The translations under genes and the position numbers were made by a program. The notes under the pieces were generated by a model, which ran no database searches, was not told the origin of the DNA, and was given only the letters and a program-made list of their open reading frames with translations. A stretch of 64,000 nt of DNA from a virus (taxonomy: Duplodnaviria; Caudoviricetes), in IMG/VR virus record IMGVR_UViG_3300011116_001007, one strand, 5' to 3'. Shown here in pieces: positions 8,864 to 16,575 of the stretch (within the stretch, counting starts at the first letter, position 1; the number at the start of each line of letters is the position of its first letter).

Positions 8864-9072
8864 TCTTCAACTCCGATACATTGTTCCACATCCTCTAAGA
8901 TACGCTTGAGTTCGTCAATGTTCATTTCCAAAAACTCTGTCGTATAGATGGCAGCAATTTGCTCAACATTTGTTACATCCTTAGCATACCTTTTAACTCG
9001 ATACTCGGTCAGCATCTTTTCCTTGCCGGCGATTGTGTTACGCAGGTTCTCTGCTAGGGTTTGGATGTTCAT
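8860..9072 (-). CDS. Hypothetical coiled-coil protein ending GVEE
   Basis: ORF track; ends EQCIGVEE*. Confidence 0.8.
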   Translation of the reverse strand: MNIQTLAENLRNTIAGKEKMLTEYRVKRYAKDVTNVEQIAAIYTTEFLEMNIDELKRILEDVEQCIGVEE

Positions 9073-9251
9073 TCTTCAACTCCGAAATGTTCTAAGATAC
9101 CATTAGGTCCATCAAACGCAAGTGTAGCACACTCACGCACAATCAACAAGGCGAACTTTTCTTCGTCAAACCCAAACGCTAGTAACTCACCATTTACACC
9201 GTAAGTTTCAATTCGGCACTGTTCAGCAAATTTTTCAATTCGTTCGTTCAT
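9069..9251 (-). CDS. MNERI-family small protein
   Basis: MNERIEKFA ... EKFALLIVREC ... EHFGVEE. Confidence 0.9.
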   Translation of the reverse strand: MNERIEKFAEQCRIETYGVNGELLAFGFDEEKFALLIVRECATLAFDGPNGILEHFGVEE

Positions 9252-9487
9252 TCTTCAACACCAAAACGTTTTTTGATCCGATATGCGGCACTGCGGACAC
9301 CGGTACTATAGGGGCCATAATCATCCTCATCATCCAACATGCCAACACATTCTCTCACAATCAACTCAGCAAATTTTTTTGTAAATTCAGATGGTACATA
9401 CATTTTATCAACATCTCCGTCCGGATCGTTACCATTCATAACGATAGACATAGCCTGAAGATTAAGTTCTTTAATTCGTTCGTTCAT
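9248..9487 (-). CDS. MNERI-family small protein
   Basis: MNERIKEL ... KKFAELIVREC ... RFGVEE. Confidence 0.9.
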   Translation of the reverse strand: MNERIKELNLQAMSIVMNGNDPDGDVDKMYVPSEFTKKFAELIVRECVGMLDDEDDYGPYSTGVRSAAYRIKKRFGVEE

Positions 9488-9723
9488 TCTTCAACTCCAA
9501 AATGTTGTTTAATAACAGAATTACAATCCATCATTTTATCAACGTGAGGTTGACCTTTTACTAAGGCCGCGCATTCTTTCACAATCAACTCGGCGAACTT
9601 TTCTATTTGCTCTAATCCTTCTTGTTCAGTGTCGGTTAGGGCATGGATAGTACGATAGTAATGTAACAATAGTGCTGGCTCAAGTTTAGCCTGTAGAGCA
9701 AGTTCTTTAATTCGTTCGTTCAC
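9484..9723 (-). CDS. MNERI-family small protein (GTG start)
   Basis: MNERIKELA ... EKFAELIVKEC ... QHFGVEE. Confidence 0.9.
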   Translation of the reverse strand: MNERIKELALQAKLEPALLLHYYRTIHALTDTEQEGLEQIEKFAELIVKECAALVKGQPHVDKMMDCNSVIKQHFGVEE

Positions 9724-9953
9724 TTGTTATTCTCCAAATAAAACATACCAACACGAACTAACGCTTCGGCGTGTTCACGGTCTTTTGGCAACACCACTGC
9801 TTCACCATTGATAAGTTTGTTATACTCACTAGCACATTCCCGAACAATCAACTCGGCGAACTTTTCCAACTGAAGGGCATCAATGTGCTGATAGAATTCT
9901 TTAGGCTTAAAGATACCAGCCTGTTGAGCAAGTTCATCTATTCGTTCGTTCAT
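9720..9953 (-). CDS. MNERI-family small protein
   Basis: MNERIDELA ... EKFAELIVREC; different C-terminus. Confidence 0.9.
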   Translation of the reverse strand: MNERIDELAQQAGIFKPKEFYQHIDALQLEKFAELIVRECASEYNKLINGEAVVLPKDREHAEALVRVGMFYLENNK

Positions 9954-10111
9954 CGTAATTCCTCTAATGCTCGTTTAACATGCTTCTTTTTGTATTGTGG
10001 GAATGCTTTGATGATGTCCTCATCAAACAAATAGTGCGGATTGCTTCGTTGATGTTCACCGATGAATTCTTCAACCTCATCTAGTAGCTTGGCAAATTTT
10101 TCGTCTTTCAT
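9950..10111 (-). CDS. 53-aa hypothetical protein (not in ORF track)
   Basis: MKDEKFAKLLDEVEEFIGEHQRSNPHYLFDEDIIKAFPQYKKKHVKRALEELR; ATGA overlaps. Confidence 0.75.
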   Translation of the reverse strand: MKDEKFAKLLDEVEEFIGEHQRSNPHYLFDEDIIKAFPQYKKKHVKRALEELR

Positions 10112-10386
10112 TGTTCAACTTCCTCTACTGGTTGGTTAGGGATGTTTTCTGTATCGCCATCTTTAGCAAAAGTAAATCCCAAACCTAACATTATTTCAGT
10201 CTCTGATGGTGTACAGTTGCCGCGAAAAATAAAAATTCTACGGGTTAGGTTGTCGTTAGAATAATAAATCCTGTAGGACACTCGGGGCACATTTAATTTT
10301 TCTGAAAGTATAGCCAACGATATCTCATCACCCCAATCTTCGGTGATAGATTCCCGTTGTTGTTCATACATAAAATCTTTCATCAT
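10108..10386 (-). CDS. Hypothetical protein
   Basis: ORF track; starts at a GVEE junction. Confidence 0.75.
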   Translation of the reverse strand: MMKDFMYEQQRESITEDWGDEISLAILSEKLNVPRVSYRIYYSNDNLTRRIFIFRGNCTPSETEIMLGLGFTFAKDGDTENIPNQPVEEVEQ

Positions 10387-10631
10387 TCTTCAACTCCGAA
10401 ATGTTTCAGTAATTCTTCTGGCTCAGGATGCCAAGCGTTGTTGCTATCATCATAACCAGAAATATCTTCAATAAACTTAGCACATTCCCGAACAATCAAC
10501 TCGGCGAACTTTTCGTTATAGTGTTGAAACCATGCTTGGTCAAAGGTACGGCGATCTGCCACCCCTTCGGTGGTAATGTCATTGATTGGTTGAAATGCCT
10601 CAAGAGCAAGTTCTCGAATTCGTTCGTTCAT
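10383..10631 (-). CDS. MNERI-family small protein
   Basis: MNERIRELA ... EKFAELIVREC ... KHFGVEE. Confidence 0.9.
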   Translation of the reverse strand: MNERIRELALEAFQPINDITTEGVADRRTFDQAWFQHYNEKFAELIVRECAKFIEDISGYDDSNNAWHPEPEELLKHFGVEE

Positions 10632-10789
10632 TTTTTAAAACTTTCGATCCATTGTACTAGAATATCCCTAGCCTCTTTCGGGCCAAGACCAAAGTATTCT
10701 TGAAGATACGGCGCGGCACCCCACATATTGGTCACTCCAGAATCCCGTAGTGCAACAAGATACTCAAAATATTCTTTATTATCGTTCAT
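10628..10789 (-). CDS. Hypothetical phage protein (53 aa)
   Basis: Start re-placed at 10789 (GGAG upstream): MNDNKEYFEYLVALRDSGVTNMWGAAPYL... Confidence 0.8.
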   Translation of the reverse strand: MNDNKEYFEYLVALRDSGVTNMWGAAPYLQEYFGLGPKEARDILVQWIESFKK

Positions 10790-11078
10790 TCTTCTTCTCC
10801 GACAATTCTGTTTCCATTTTGTCAATTGCTGTGTCAAGCATGGCAGTTGTGATCTCGTTTGGATTCATTCCAAAATGCAGTTTGATCATGTCCACACCCT
10901 GCCCGCGACTGATCATGTCACGCAACATTGGTGCCAATGCAATACAACATTCACGAATGACCAACTCAGCGGTACGATTCTGAATCTCTTTGATTTTATT
11001 GTAGCCTAACGCTACCCAAGTCTCGGGTACCAGTTCATCCAGCACCTGACCCGTAATCTGGTTAATTCGTTGGTTCAT
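10779..11078 (-). CDS. Divergent MNERI-family protein with C-terminal extension
   Basis: MNQRINQI ... RTAELVIREC ... LHFG. Confidence 0.8.
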   Translation of the reverse strand: MNQRINQITGQVLDELVPETWVALGYNKIKEIQNRTAELVIRECCIALAPMLRDMISRGQGVDMIKLHFGMNPNEITTAMLDTAIDKMETELSEKKNER

Positions 11079-11230
11079 GCGTCCAGTCCTGACTTGACAT
11101 GTTTTGGGCGGCGACGATACTGCACTCGGCTTTGTTCTGCACGGTGACGGAATGGTGTGTCGCGTGAATACAGTTCCACAGCACGACGGCGCTGGCGAGG
11201 CAGTTCAATTCGAAAACTCACGGGTTTCAT
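11075..11230 (-). CDS. Basic 51-aa protein, ArfA-like (not in ORF track)
   Basis: ...TPFRHRAEQSRVQYRRRPKH resembles ArfA FRQRVE...YMRKGKH. Confidence 0.5.
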   Translation of the reverse strand: MKPVSFRIELPRQRRRAVELYSRDTPFRHRAEQSRVQYRRRPKHVKSGLDA

Positions 11231-11262
11231 AAAATATCCATAAAAAATCCGGTGTATGCTGT

Positions 11263-11291
11263 ATTATAGCACAAACCGGATTAGTGGTCAA
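11263..11291 (-). promoter_or_regulatory. Sigma70-type early promoter driving the 18-ORF array
   Basis: TTGACC-17nt-TATAAT; inverted repeat AATCCGGT/ACCGGATT brackets the -10. Confidence 0.85.
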
Positions 11292-11313
11292 CCTGGAATT
11301 TGAGCCGTTTTTG

Positions 11314-11448
11314 TTAGATCCAGCCCCGGAAATCTTCCATCATAAGCCGTTGAGCACCTTTATGATCGCCGTTGCGTGCCATATTTGCAGCCGTATTGGC
11401 CAGGGCCATTGCACCAAAAAAGTTGTAAATGGATTTTAATATGGTCAT
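11314..11448 (-). CDS. 44-aa hypothetical protein (not in ORF track)
   Basis: MTILKSIYNFFGAMALANTAANMARNGDHKGAQRLMMEDFRGWI; TAATG overlap with upstream gene. Confidence 0.7.
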   Translation of the reverse strand: MTILKSIYNFFGAMALANTAANMARNGDHKGAQRLMMEDFRGWI

Positions 11449-11621
11449 TACCATCCCCTACGCAAATGGTTCAAATCAAATTGACGAGTCAATCGATCCA
11501 CATCGCAGGCAGTTTGTGGTGCATTTCTAACAATGTATTCTTCCAATGCTGAACTGTAGGTTTGTGGCCTACTGAACGTCTGAAACATCTTGTGGAAGTA
11601 TTCAGTCAATTGATTCAACAT
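11448..11621 (-). CDS. 57-aa protein resembling DUF3563 (not in ORF track)
   Basis: ALEEYIVRNAPQTACDVDRLTRQFD; AGGAG RBS. Confidence 0.55.
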   Translation of the reverse strand: MLNQLTEYFHKMFQTFSRPQTYSSALEEYIVRNAPQTACDVDRLTRQFDLNHLRRGW

Positions 11622-11625
11622 GGCT

Positions 11626-11913
11626 TTAGGCTCCTTTGGTTTTGCCTGTGCCTGTGGCTTGATAGGCTTTCATGATGCCTTCGCCAAACTTCACATAGTC
11701 AAATTTGGCAGTATCGCGCATCAATTTGACGCTTTCGGTCATGATGCTGTTGCTTGCATCTGTGGTGGCCTTAAAGGCCTTTTTGGTGTATTCTGCTTGA
11801 GTGTCAATGAATTGGTTCATGGACTCTGCAATGTGCTCGTTGGTGACAAAAGTCTTAACGAATTGTTTTTTACCATTTTGAATGGTGTCGATCATGGTGT
11901 CTGCTGTAAACAT
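11626..11913 (-). CDS. Phasin-like amphipathic helical protein
   Basis: Start re-placed at 11913 (AAGGAG RBS); Ala/Lys/Thr-rich helices, no Cys or Trp, basic tail; PhaR-like box upstream. Confidence 0.55.
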   Translation of the reverse strand: MFTADTMIDTIQNGKKQFVKTFVTNEHIAESMNQFIDTQAEYTKKAFKATTDASNSIMTESVKLMRDTAKFDYVKFGEGIMKAYQATGTGKTKGA

Positions 11914-11969
11914 GGTGTTCTCCTTAATAAGCAAGCAAATTATAGGACCCGCCCCGTGCAGCATCCTAT
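11914..11969 (-). promoter_or_regulatory. ROSE-like structured 5' leader
   Basis: AUAGGAUGC...GGGUCCUAU hairpin followed by CUUGCUUAUUAAGGAG (UUGCU pairs with the SD, bulged G). Confidence 0.65.
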
Positions 11970-11974
11970 GTGCT

Positions 11975-12006
11975 ATTATATATGATAAAATGCTGCGACC
12001 GCACAT
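11975..12006 (-). promoter_or_regulatory. Promoter (-10 TATAAT) with PhaR-like operator over the -35
   Basis: ATTATA at 11975-11980; ATGCTGCG-AC-CGCACAT at 11990-12006 (CTGC-N4-GCAS). Confidence 0.5.
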
Positions 12007-12099
12007 TTTCCGGCGAAATACAGAAGAAAAAATAAATAAAAGTGCAGTTCGCGGATCTGGACAATCCCAACTGCTCTATGATTATTAAGGAATCACAGC

Positions 12100-12543
12100 A
12101 TGCCTATTTATAAATCTACTCATACTTTTCCCTATGTGTATCTTTGTCAGGAAAAAGATTCACCGTATTTCTATATCGGATATCGATACGCAAATCGAGT
12201 GCCGTCATCTGAAGATTTTGGAAAACATTATTTTACATCAAACAAGTATGTTAAAGAAAACTTTGACAAGTTTGATCATACCATAGTAGCAGAGTTTTTT
12301 GACAAAAAAGATGCATACACATTTGAATCTGAACTGATCAAAGAATTGAACTCAAAATATCTGCTGAATGCCCAGCGGATAGGGCGGCTCACGGGCACAT
12401 CATACAAACCCAAGATAACAGAAGAAGTTATTTCAAAAACTTGTGCTTTGCCCGAATGCAACAAGATTTTCACCAACTGGCGGTCAAAATGCTGCTGTAT
12501 CTCGCATAGTAAAAAATACGCAGGTATGCGACGTCACCAATAA
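12100..12543 (+). CDS. Free-standing GIY-YIG (Seg-like) endonuclease
   Basis: PYVY...FYIGYR, AYTFESELI...LLN; C-terminal Cys cluster. Confidence 0.75.
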   Translation: MPIYKSTHTFPYVYLCQEKDSPYFYIGYRYANRVPSSEDFGKHYFTSNKYVKENFDKFDHTIVAEFFDKKDAYTFESELIKELNSKYLLNAQRIGRLTGTSYKPKITEEVISKTCALPECNKIFTNWRSKCCCISHSKKYAGMRRHQ

Positions 12544-12563
12544 ATAAATCATAGGAGAACATT

Positions 12564-12863
12564 ATGTTGAAACGAATAGTTGAATTTTTCACTGGTAAAA
12601 AAGAACCAGTTGCTGCACCTGAAGCTGCACCATACAAAGTAGAAGCGCCAGCGCCTGCCAAGATTCCTGAGCCTGCTGTTGCACCATTGGCAACAGATCA
12701 AGCCGCGGTGGTCAGTGCCGCAGAAGGATCTGCTGTGACTTTGACTCCTGTTGCAAAGGCACCGCCAGCAAAGAAGCCAGCTGCAAAGAAAACCGCTGTG
12801 CCAAAGAAGCCAGCAGCAGCCAAAGCAACTGCCAAGCCTAGAACCAAAAAGACCCCACAGTAA
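12564..12863 (+). CDS. Ala/Lys/Pro-rich histone-H1-like protein
   Basis: PAKKPAAKKTAVPKKPAAAK repeats; TAAATA and AGGAG upstream. Confidence 0.7.
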   Translation: MLKRIVEFFTGKKEPVAAPEAAPYKVEAPAPAKIPEPAVAPLATDQAAVVSAAEGSAVTLTPVAKAPPAKKPAAKKTAVPKKPAAAKATAKPRTKKTPQ

Positions 12864-12883
12864 ACTACTAGGTTTACACCCCC

Positions 12884-12913
12884 AAAACCCCTCTTAAATA
12901 ATAGAGGGGTTTT
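12884..12913. terminator. Terminator-like hairpin with TAAATA in the loop
   Basis: AAAACCCCTCT-TAAATAAT-AGAGGGGTTTT. Confidence 0.75.
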
Positions 12914-12938
12914 ATTTTGACTAGAAAAGGGGGAAACC

Positions 12939-13466
12939 ATGGCTGAATCTCGCTCAGAAAGAGAAGCACATATAAAAGACAAAGCAGGCTGGGTGATCAC
13001 AGTTGTGGCAGCATTGCTAGCAGTGAACACCTACGTTGCCAATGGCATCAGCAGTGGCATATTGACCAATACCATTCGAGCCAACGACACTTGGAACTTT
13101 TATCAGGCCAAGAGCATCAAACAGGCCATAGCAGAAAATGCCAGAGATGATGCTGCTGGCCGTCGAGACACCAAAAAAGTTCAAGAACTGACTGAAAAAA
13201 TTGATCGCTTGATCAGCGACCCTGCAACAAATGAAGGCAAACGAGAACTCATGGTTCGAGCTCGAGCCTTGGAAGCCGACCGCGATGAAGCCAAATTGCA
13301 CAGCCCGTGGCTGACTTTTGCCGGGTCAGCACTGCAACTCAGCATAGTGTTGTTGAGTGCCAGTATCCTGGCAGTGAGCATGGGCATGTTTTACTCCAGC
13401 ATAGGTGTGGGCTTGATAGGGGCCATTCTGATGAGCCAAGGAATTTGGCTATGGTTTCCATTGTAA
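12939..13466 (+). CDS. DUF4337-like membrane protein
   Basis: TM helix, ANDTWNFYQAKSIK, two C-terminal TM helices. Confidence 0.75.
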   Translation: MAESRSEREAHIKDKAGWVITVVAALLAVNTYVANGISSGILTNTIRANDTWNFYQAKSIKQAIAENARDDAAGRRDTKKVQELTEKIDRLISDPATNEGKRELMVRARALEADRDEAKLHSPWLTFAGSALQLSIVLLSASILAVSMGMFYSSIGVGLIGAILMSQGIWLWFPL

Positions 13467-13669
13467 AATGGTCAGTGATAGCATGGTTGTCAATCATGGC
13501 AGTGTCCAGTGAAGAAAATCTCAGCCAATCTAAAAAAGATCAGGCGTGGGTGTGTGTGCGTTGGCAATGGGTCGGCGCCCCAGTTGACGGTCGAGTCACT
13601 TGCGTGGCCTGGGCCAAGAAAGATTGTTCCAATAGATTGTACCCGGAAATATGTAAAAGGGGCGGGTAA
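13451..13669 (+). CDS. Small exported Cys/Trp-rich protein
   Basis: Start placed at MVSIVKWSV; CVRWQW...CVAW...C...C. Confidence 0.55.
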   Translation: MVSIVKWSVIAWLSIMAVSSEENLSQSKKDQAWVCVRWQWVGAPVDGRVTCVAWAKKDCSNRLYPEICKRGG

Positions 13670-13672
13670 CCA

Positions 13673-14287
13673 ATGGATCCAATTACCATAGGTCTTGCAT
13701 TCACTGCCGCACAATCAGCAATAGGTCACATCAAACAGGCCATAGCACTGGGCAAGGATGTCAACAGCATCATTGGCCAAGTGGGGCACTTTTTTGAAGC
13801 AGCAGACCAAGTTCACGTGGCCAGCATCAAGGCCAAACACGGTGCCATGGGCAAAACTGATGCTCAAATTGGTCGCCAAGCTCTTGAGTTTGCCATGCGT
13901 AGCAATCAATTGCGAGAAGATGAAAGAGCTCTCAAAGACATGATATATTGGCAGCTGGGCAAGCCTGAAATATGGCAAGAGATGATTGCTGAACGTACTA
14001 GATTGTTGAAAGAGAAACGTGCAGGCGAAGAAGCAATTGCCAAGGCCAAACAAGCACACAAAGAAAAGATGGCCAAGATGCTCATGCTGACCATGTATAT
14101 TATAGCAGGAGCTGCTATTGTTTTTTCATTTGTGATGATGGGTGTGCAACTTTACAGCATGGATCAAGAACAAAAAGCATTTGAAGCTGCACAAGCAAAA
14201 AACCTAAGGATTCGTCGTGAACAGCAATGGGCTAGAGAACAAGAACAAAAGAAACAACTAGATGCCGCTGCCAAGAACGGTGCCTAG
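13673..14287 (+). CDS. Membrane-anchored coiled-coil protein
   Basis: MDPITIGLAFTAA N-terminus; TM segment near C-terminus. Confidence 0.75.
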   Translation: MDPITIGLAFTAAQSAIGHIKQAIALGKDVNSIIGQVGHFFEAADQVHVASIKAKHGAMGKTDAQIGRQALEFAMRSNQLREDERALKDMIYWQLGKPEIWQEMIAERTRLLKEKRAGEEAIAKAKQAHKEKMAKMLMLTMYIIAGAAIVFSFVMMGVQLYSMDQEQKAFEAAQAKNLRIRREQQWAREQEQKKQLDAAAKNGA

Positions 14288-14403
14288 TGCCTATGCCTAT
14301 CGTTGGCCCAGTCTTTAAACATCACCCAAAATATCATCACTAGAGGCACACACCCTAGTAAAAATAAAACATCGTTGAATGTGATGACAATATTGAAATA
14401 CAT
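14284..14403 (-). CDS. 39-aa membrane peptide (not in ORF track)
   Basis: MYFNIVITFNDVLFLLGCVPLVMIFWVMFKDW...; TAAATA four nt upstream. Confidence 0.6.
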   Translation of the reverse strand: MYFNIVITFNDVLFLLGCVPLVMIFWVMFKDWANDRHRH

Positions 14404-14407
14404 CAAG

Positions 14408-14459
14408 TATTTATTAACCACTGGGTTTGATGCTGGTGCCAAAAACACCTGGCTAAATA
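14408..14459. promoter_or_regulatory. Back-to-back late-type TAAATA promoters
   Basis: TATTTA at 14408-14413 and TAAATA at 14454-14459, each four nt from an ATG. Confidence 0.65.
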
Positions 14460-14463
14460 CTTA

Positions 14464-15567
14464 ATGTATCCACTTTATGAAAATATAAATTTAAACACGT
14501 ATGAAACTTTGTTCGGTTACTATACGTTAGGATTTATACAATACCATCGGCCGGACTTGTTTATCATTGATATTAGATTAAAAAATCGATCGTGGGATAT
14601 TCCCCACGACATGGCCAATTACGATTGGCTAGAATCAAAAATACAACTGGGCTTGAGTCAAGGTCGGTCCGTGGTAATCATACCAGAAGACGAACATGTG
14701 GTGTTCGCAGTCAATACCCAACTGACTACTATATTAAACAACTATGTAAACAGTCCTGTGTATTGGATCACCATGCTGGATAGTCTGGCACAACAAGTCT
14801 ATAGAGAACGCCATCAATTCCGTATCAAAATATTAGAGTTGCCATGGTTGCTGTTGAATGAGTGCTTGACTTATTATCTAGTGGCCAACACAGCAACAAA
14901 CTTTATGCCAAATGATCAGAACTATAATTTTTTTTGTTTGATTGGAAATACTGCCAGTCGTCACAAAGGCAACTTAGCTCGAGAATTGCATAACCGACGT
15001 CTGAGCAGTCACGGATTGATCACAGTGAATAAAAATTGTTCCATTGACGCAGATCTACTGGAATTTTGCCAGGTCAATCAGGAAGTAGTATACGATCCTT
15101 CTATAAATCCAGACTATCCAATGATAGCAAGACAAACCAACGTCAATGGAACTTGGGTGTCGCAAAATGTCAAAAATTACCTATACATAGATCAACAGTA
15201 TCATCACATACCGTTGGCGATAAATCCTGAAACCATAACCAGTGCATTCAAAAGCACAGAAAAAAGCATTTGGCCCATACTGCTAGGCAAACTATTTTTA
15301 ATTTACGGCAGACCTGGATCAATGGCCTGGATACAACGATTTTACGACATTGATATAACATCATTTGCAAACATAGCATATGATGCTATTCCCGGATTTG
15401 ATTCTAACAAAATTCGATTGAATAGAATGATTGATGACAACCGAGACTTGATTCAAAATGCCAAAGATATACAAACACAATTACAACCCCAATTAGAGTG
15501 TGCTAGGTGGACATTGGGCCGAAACTTGTACAAATTTTTTGTTTCGCAATTGGAGTTTATCCCTTGA
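14464..15567 (+). CDS. Glycosyltransferase-like protein ('TEK' motif family)
   Basis: INPET...STEKSIWPILLGKLFLIYG...YD; paralogous to 21464-22744. Confidence 0.5.
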   Translation: MYPLYENINLNTYETLFGYYTLGFIQYHRPDLFIIDIRLKNRSWDIPHDMANYDWLESKIQLGLSQGRSVVIIPEDEHVVFAVNTQLTTILNNYVNSPVYWITMLDSLAQQVYRERHQFRIKILELPWLLLNECLTYYLVANTATNFMPNDQNYNFFCLIGNTASRHKGNLARELHNRRLSSHGLITVNKNCSIDADLLEFCQVNQEVVYDPSINPDYPMIARQTNVNGTWVSQNVKNYLYIDQQYHHIPLAINPETITSAFKSTEKSIWPILLGKLFLIYGRPGSMAWIQRFYDIDITSFANIAYDAIPGFDSNKIRLNRMIDDNRDLIQNAKDIQTQLQPQLECARWTLGRNLYKFFVSQLEFIP

Positions 15568-16280
15568 AAACCTTAACCACTGCTGGGTGTAGTTTTACGT
15601 TGGATAACTATCAAAAAACCTGGGCCAATTATCTGTCAGAAAGTCTCAACTGTGATCTGGTAAATCTTGGTGCCAGAGGTGCTGGAATTGATTTTATTAC
15701 CAAAAGAGTAATGTATCACTGTGCCCACAATGACACAGATTTAATTGTTGTGATGTTGCCCAGTGTGGATAGATTTGATTGGTATTTGGATCAACACCAT
15801 CCATTAAAAACCAATGGCCTATCCATAGCCAGTTGGCAAAACGGGAAGAATCCTTCGTTGATGGCACTGGACGGTCAGCCAAATTATACTGAAGGATATT
15901 CTTTATCCGGCGGCGAAATACGTGGGCACAAACGTCATTGGTTCAAATATTATTACAGTGAAACTTCTGCATTGTTGAATTATTGGACTGCCGTTTATAA
16001 TTTAGAAAATTTTTTCAAAATTAAAAATATACCATACTATTTTACCACTGCGTATGATAAAGACAATCTAGTGGAACAGTCCTACAATCAAACTCAAAAC
16101 AGCAGCAATTTCAATTGGATTTTTGATTGTATCAATTGGGAGAAATTTATATTTTATCAATCCAATCGGGGATTTCTAAATTTTACAAAAGATCAAAAAT
16201 TTAACATTGTAAACAATCATCCAGTGACCGATGCACATAAGTCTTGGGTTGACAATGTTTTACTGACAAAATTTAATTGA
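15564..16280 (+). CDS. SGNH/GDSL-like hydrolase or acyltransferase
   Basis: TTG start with GGAG; AGCSFT, NLGARGAG, C-terminal HPVTDAH. Confidence 0.65.
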   Translation: MKTLTTAGCSFTLDNYQKTWANYLSESLNCDLVNLGARGAGIDFITKRVMYHCAHNDTDLIVVMLPSVDRFDWYLDQHHPLKTNGLSIASWQNGKNPSLMALDGQPNYTEGYSLSGGEIRGHKRHWFKYYYSETSALLNYWTAVYNLENFFKIKNIPYYFTTAYDKDNLVEQSYNQTQNSSNFNWIFDCINWEKFIFYQSNRGFLNFTKDQKFNIVNNHPVTDAHKSWVDNVLLTKFN

Positions 16281-16284
16281 ATGA

Positions 16285-16575
16285 TCACTGCAAAATCATA
16301 CGCATTAACCCGATGGAGTCGATTGTGACCAACAGGCCGCAGTTGGCCAGCATGCCAAAAGATCTACGGCTATAAGAAGCCCACCCATACATACAACACT
16401 GGCAAATAAAAACAGGATAGATAAGAACCAAAGGCGGTGTTGGAACAGTGAGCGCCATAGTAACACTACATCCGATACTAAGCGCCCAAGCCGTAGTTTC
16501 AATGATAAAACGTAAAGGGTATGCTCGATAGTCATCTTTGATCCAGGTTGTGATGTTGATTAAAACATTGCTCAT
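16285..16575 (-). CDS. Small integral membrane protein
   Basis: Three hydrophobic helices. Confidence 0.75.
   Translation of the reverse strand: MSNVLINITTWIKDDYRAYPLRFIIETTAWALSIGCSVTMALTVPTPPLVLIYPVFICQCCMYGWASYSRRSFGMLANCGLLVTIDSIGLMRMILQ

Larger units (their letters stand above)
7685..11078 (-). repeat. Dispersed coding repeats of the MNERI paralog array
   Basis: Plus-strand 23-mer ACAATCAACTCGGCGAACTTTTC identical at 8629, 9581, 9844, 10492; junction TCATTCTTCAAC(T/A)CC at 8207, 8517, 8762, 8860, 9069, 9248, 9484, 10383. Confidence 0.92.

Noticed and set aside
7685-11078. CRISPR array interpretation of the recurring 23-24-bp repeats
   Set aside because: Repeats lie inside open reading frames, two different repeat types alternate, spacing is irregular (about 100-900 bp), and there are no cas genes or leader.
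7685-11078. Diversity-generating retroelement
   Set aside because: No reverse transcriptase in the window; variable segments differ in length and are not adenine-specific variants of one template.
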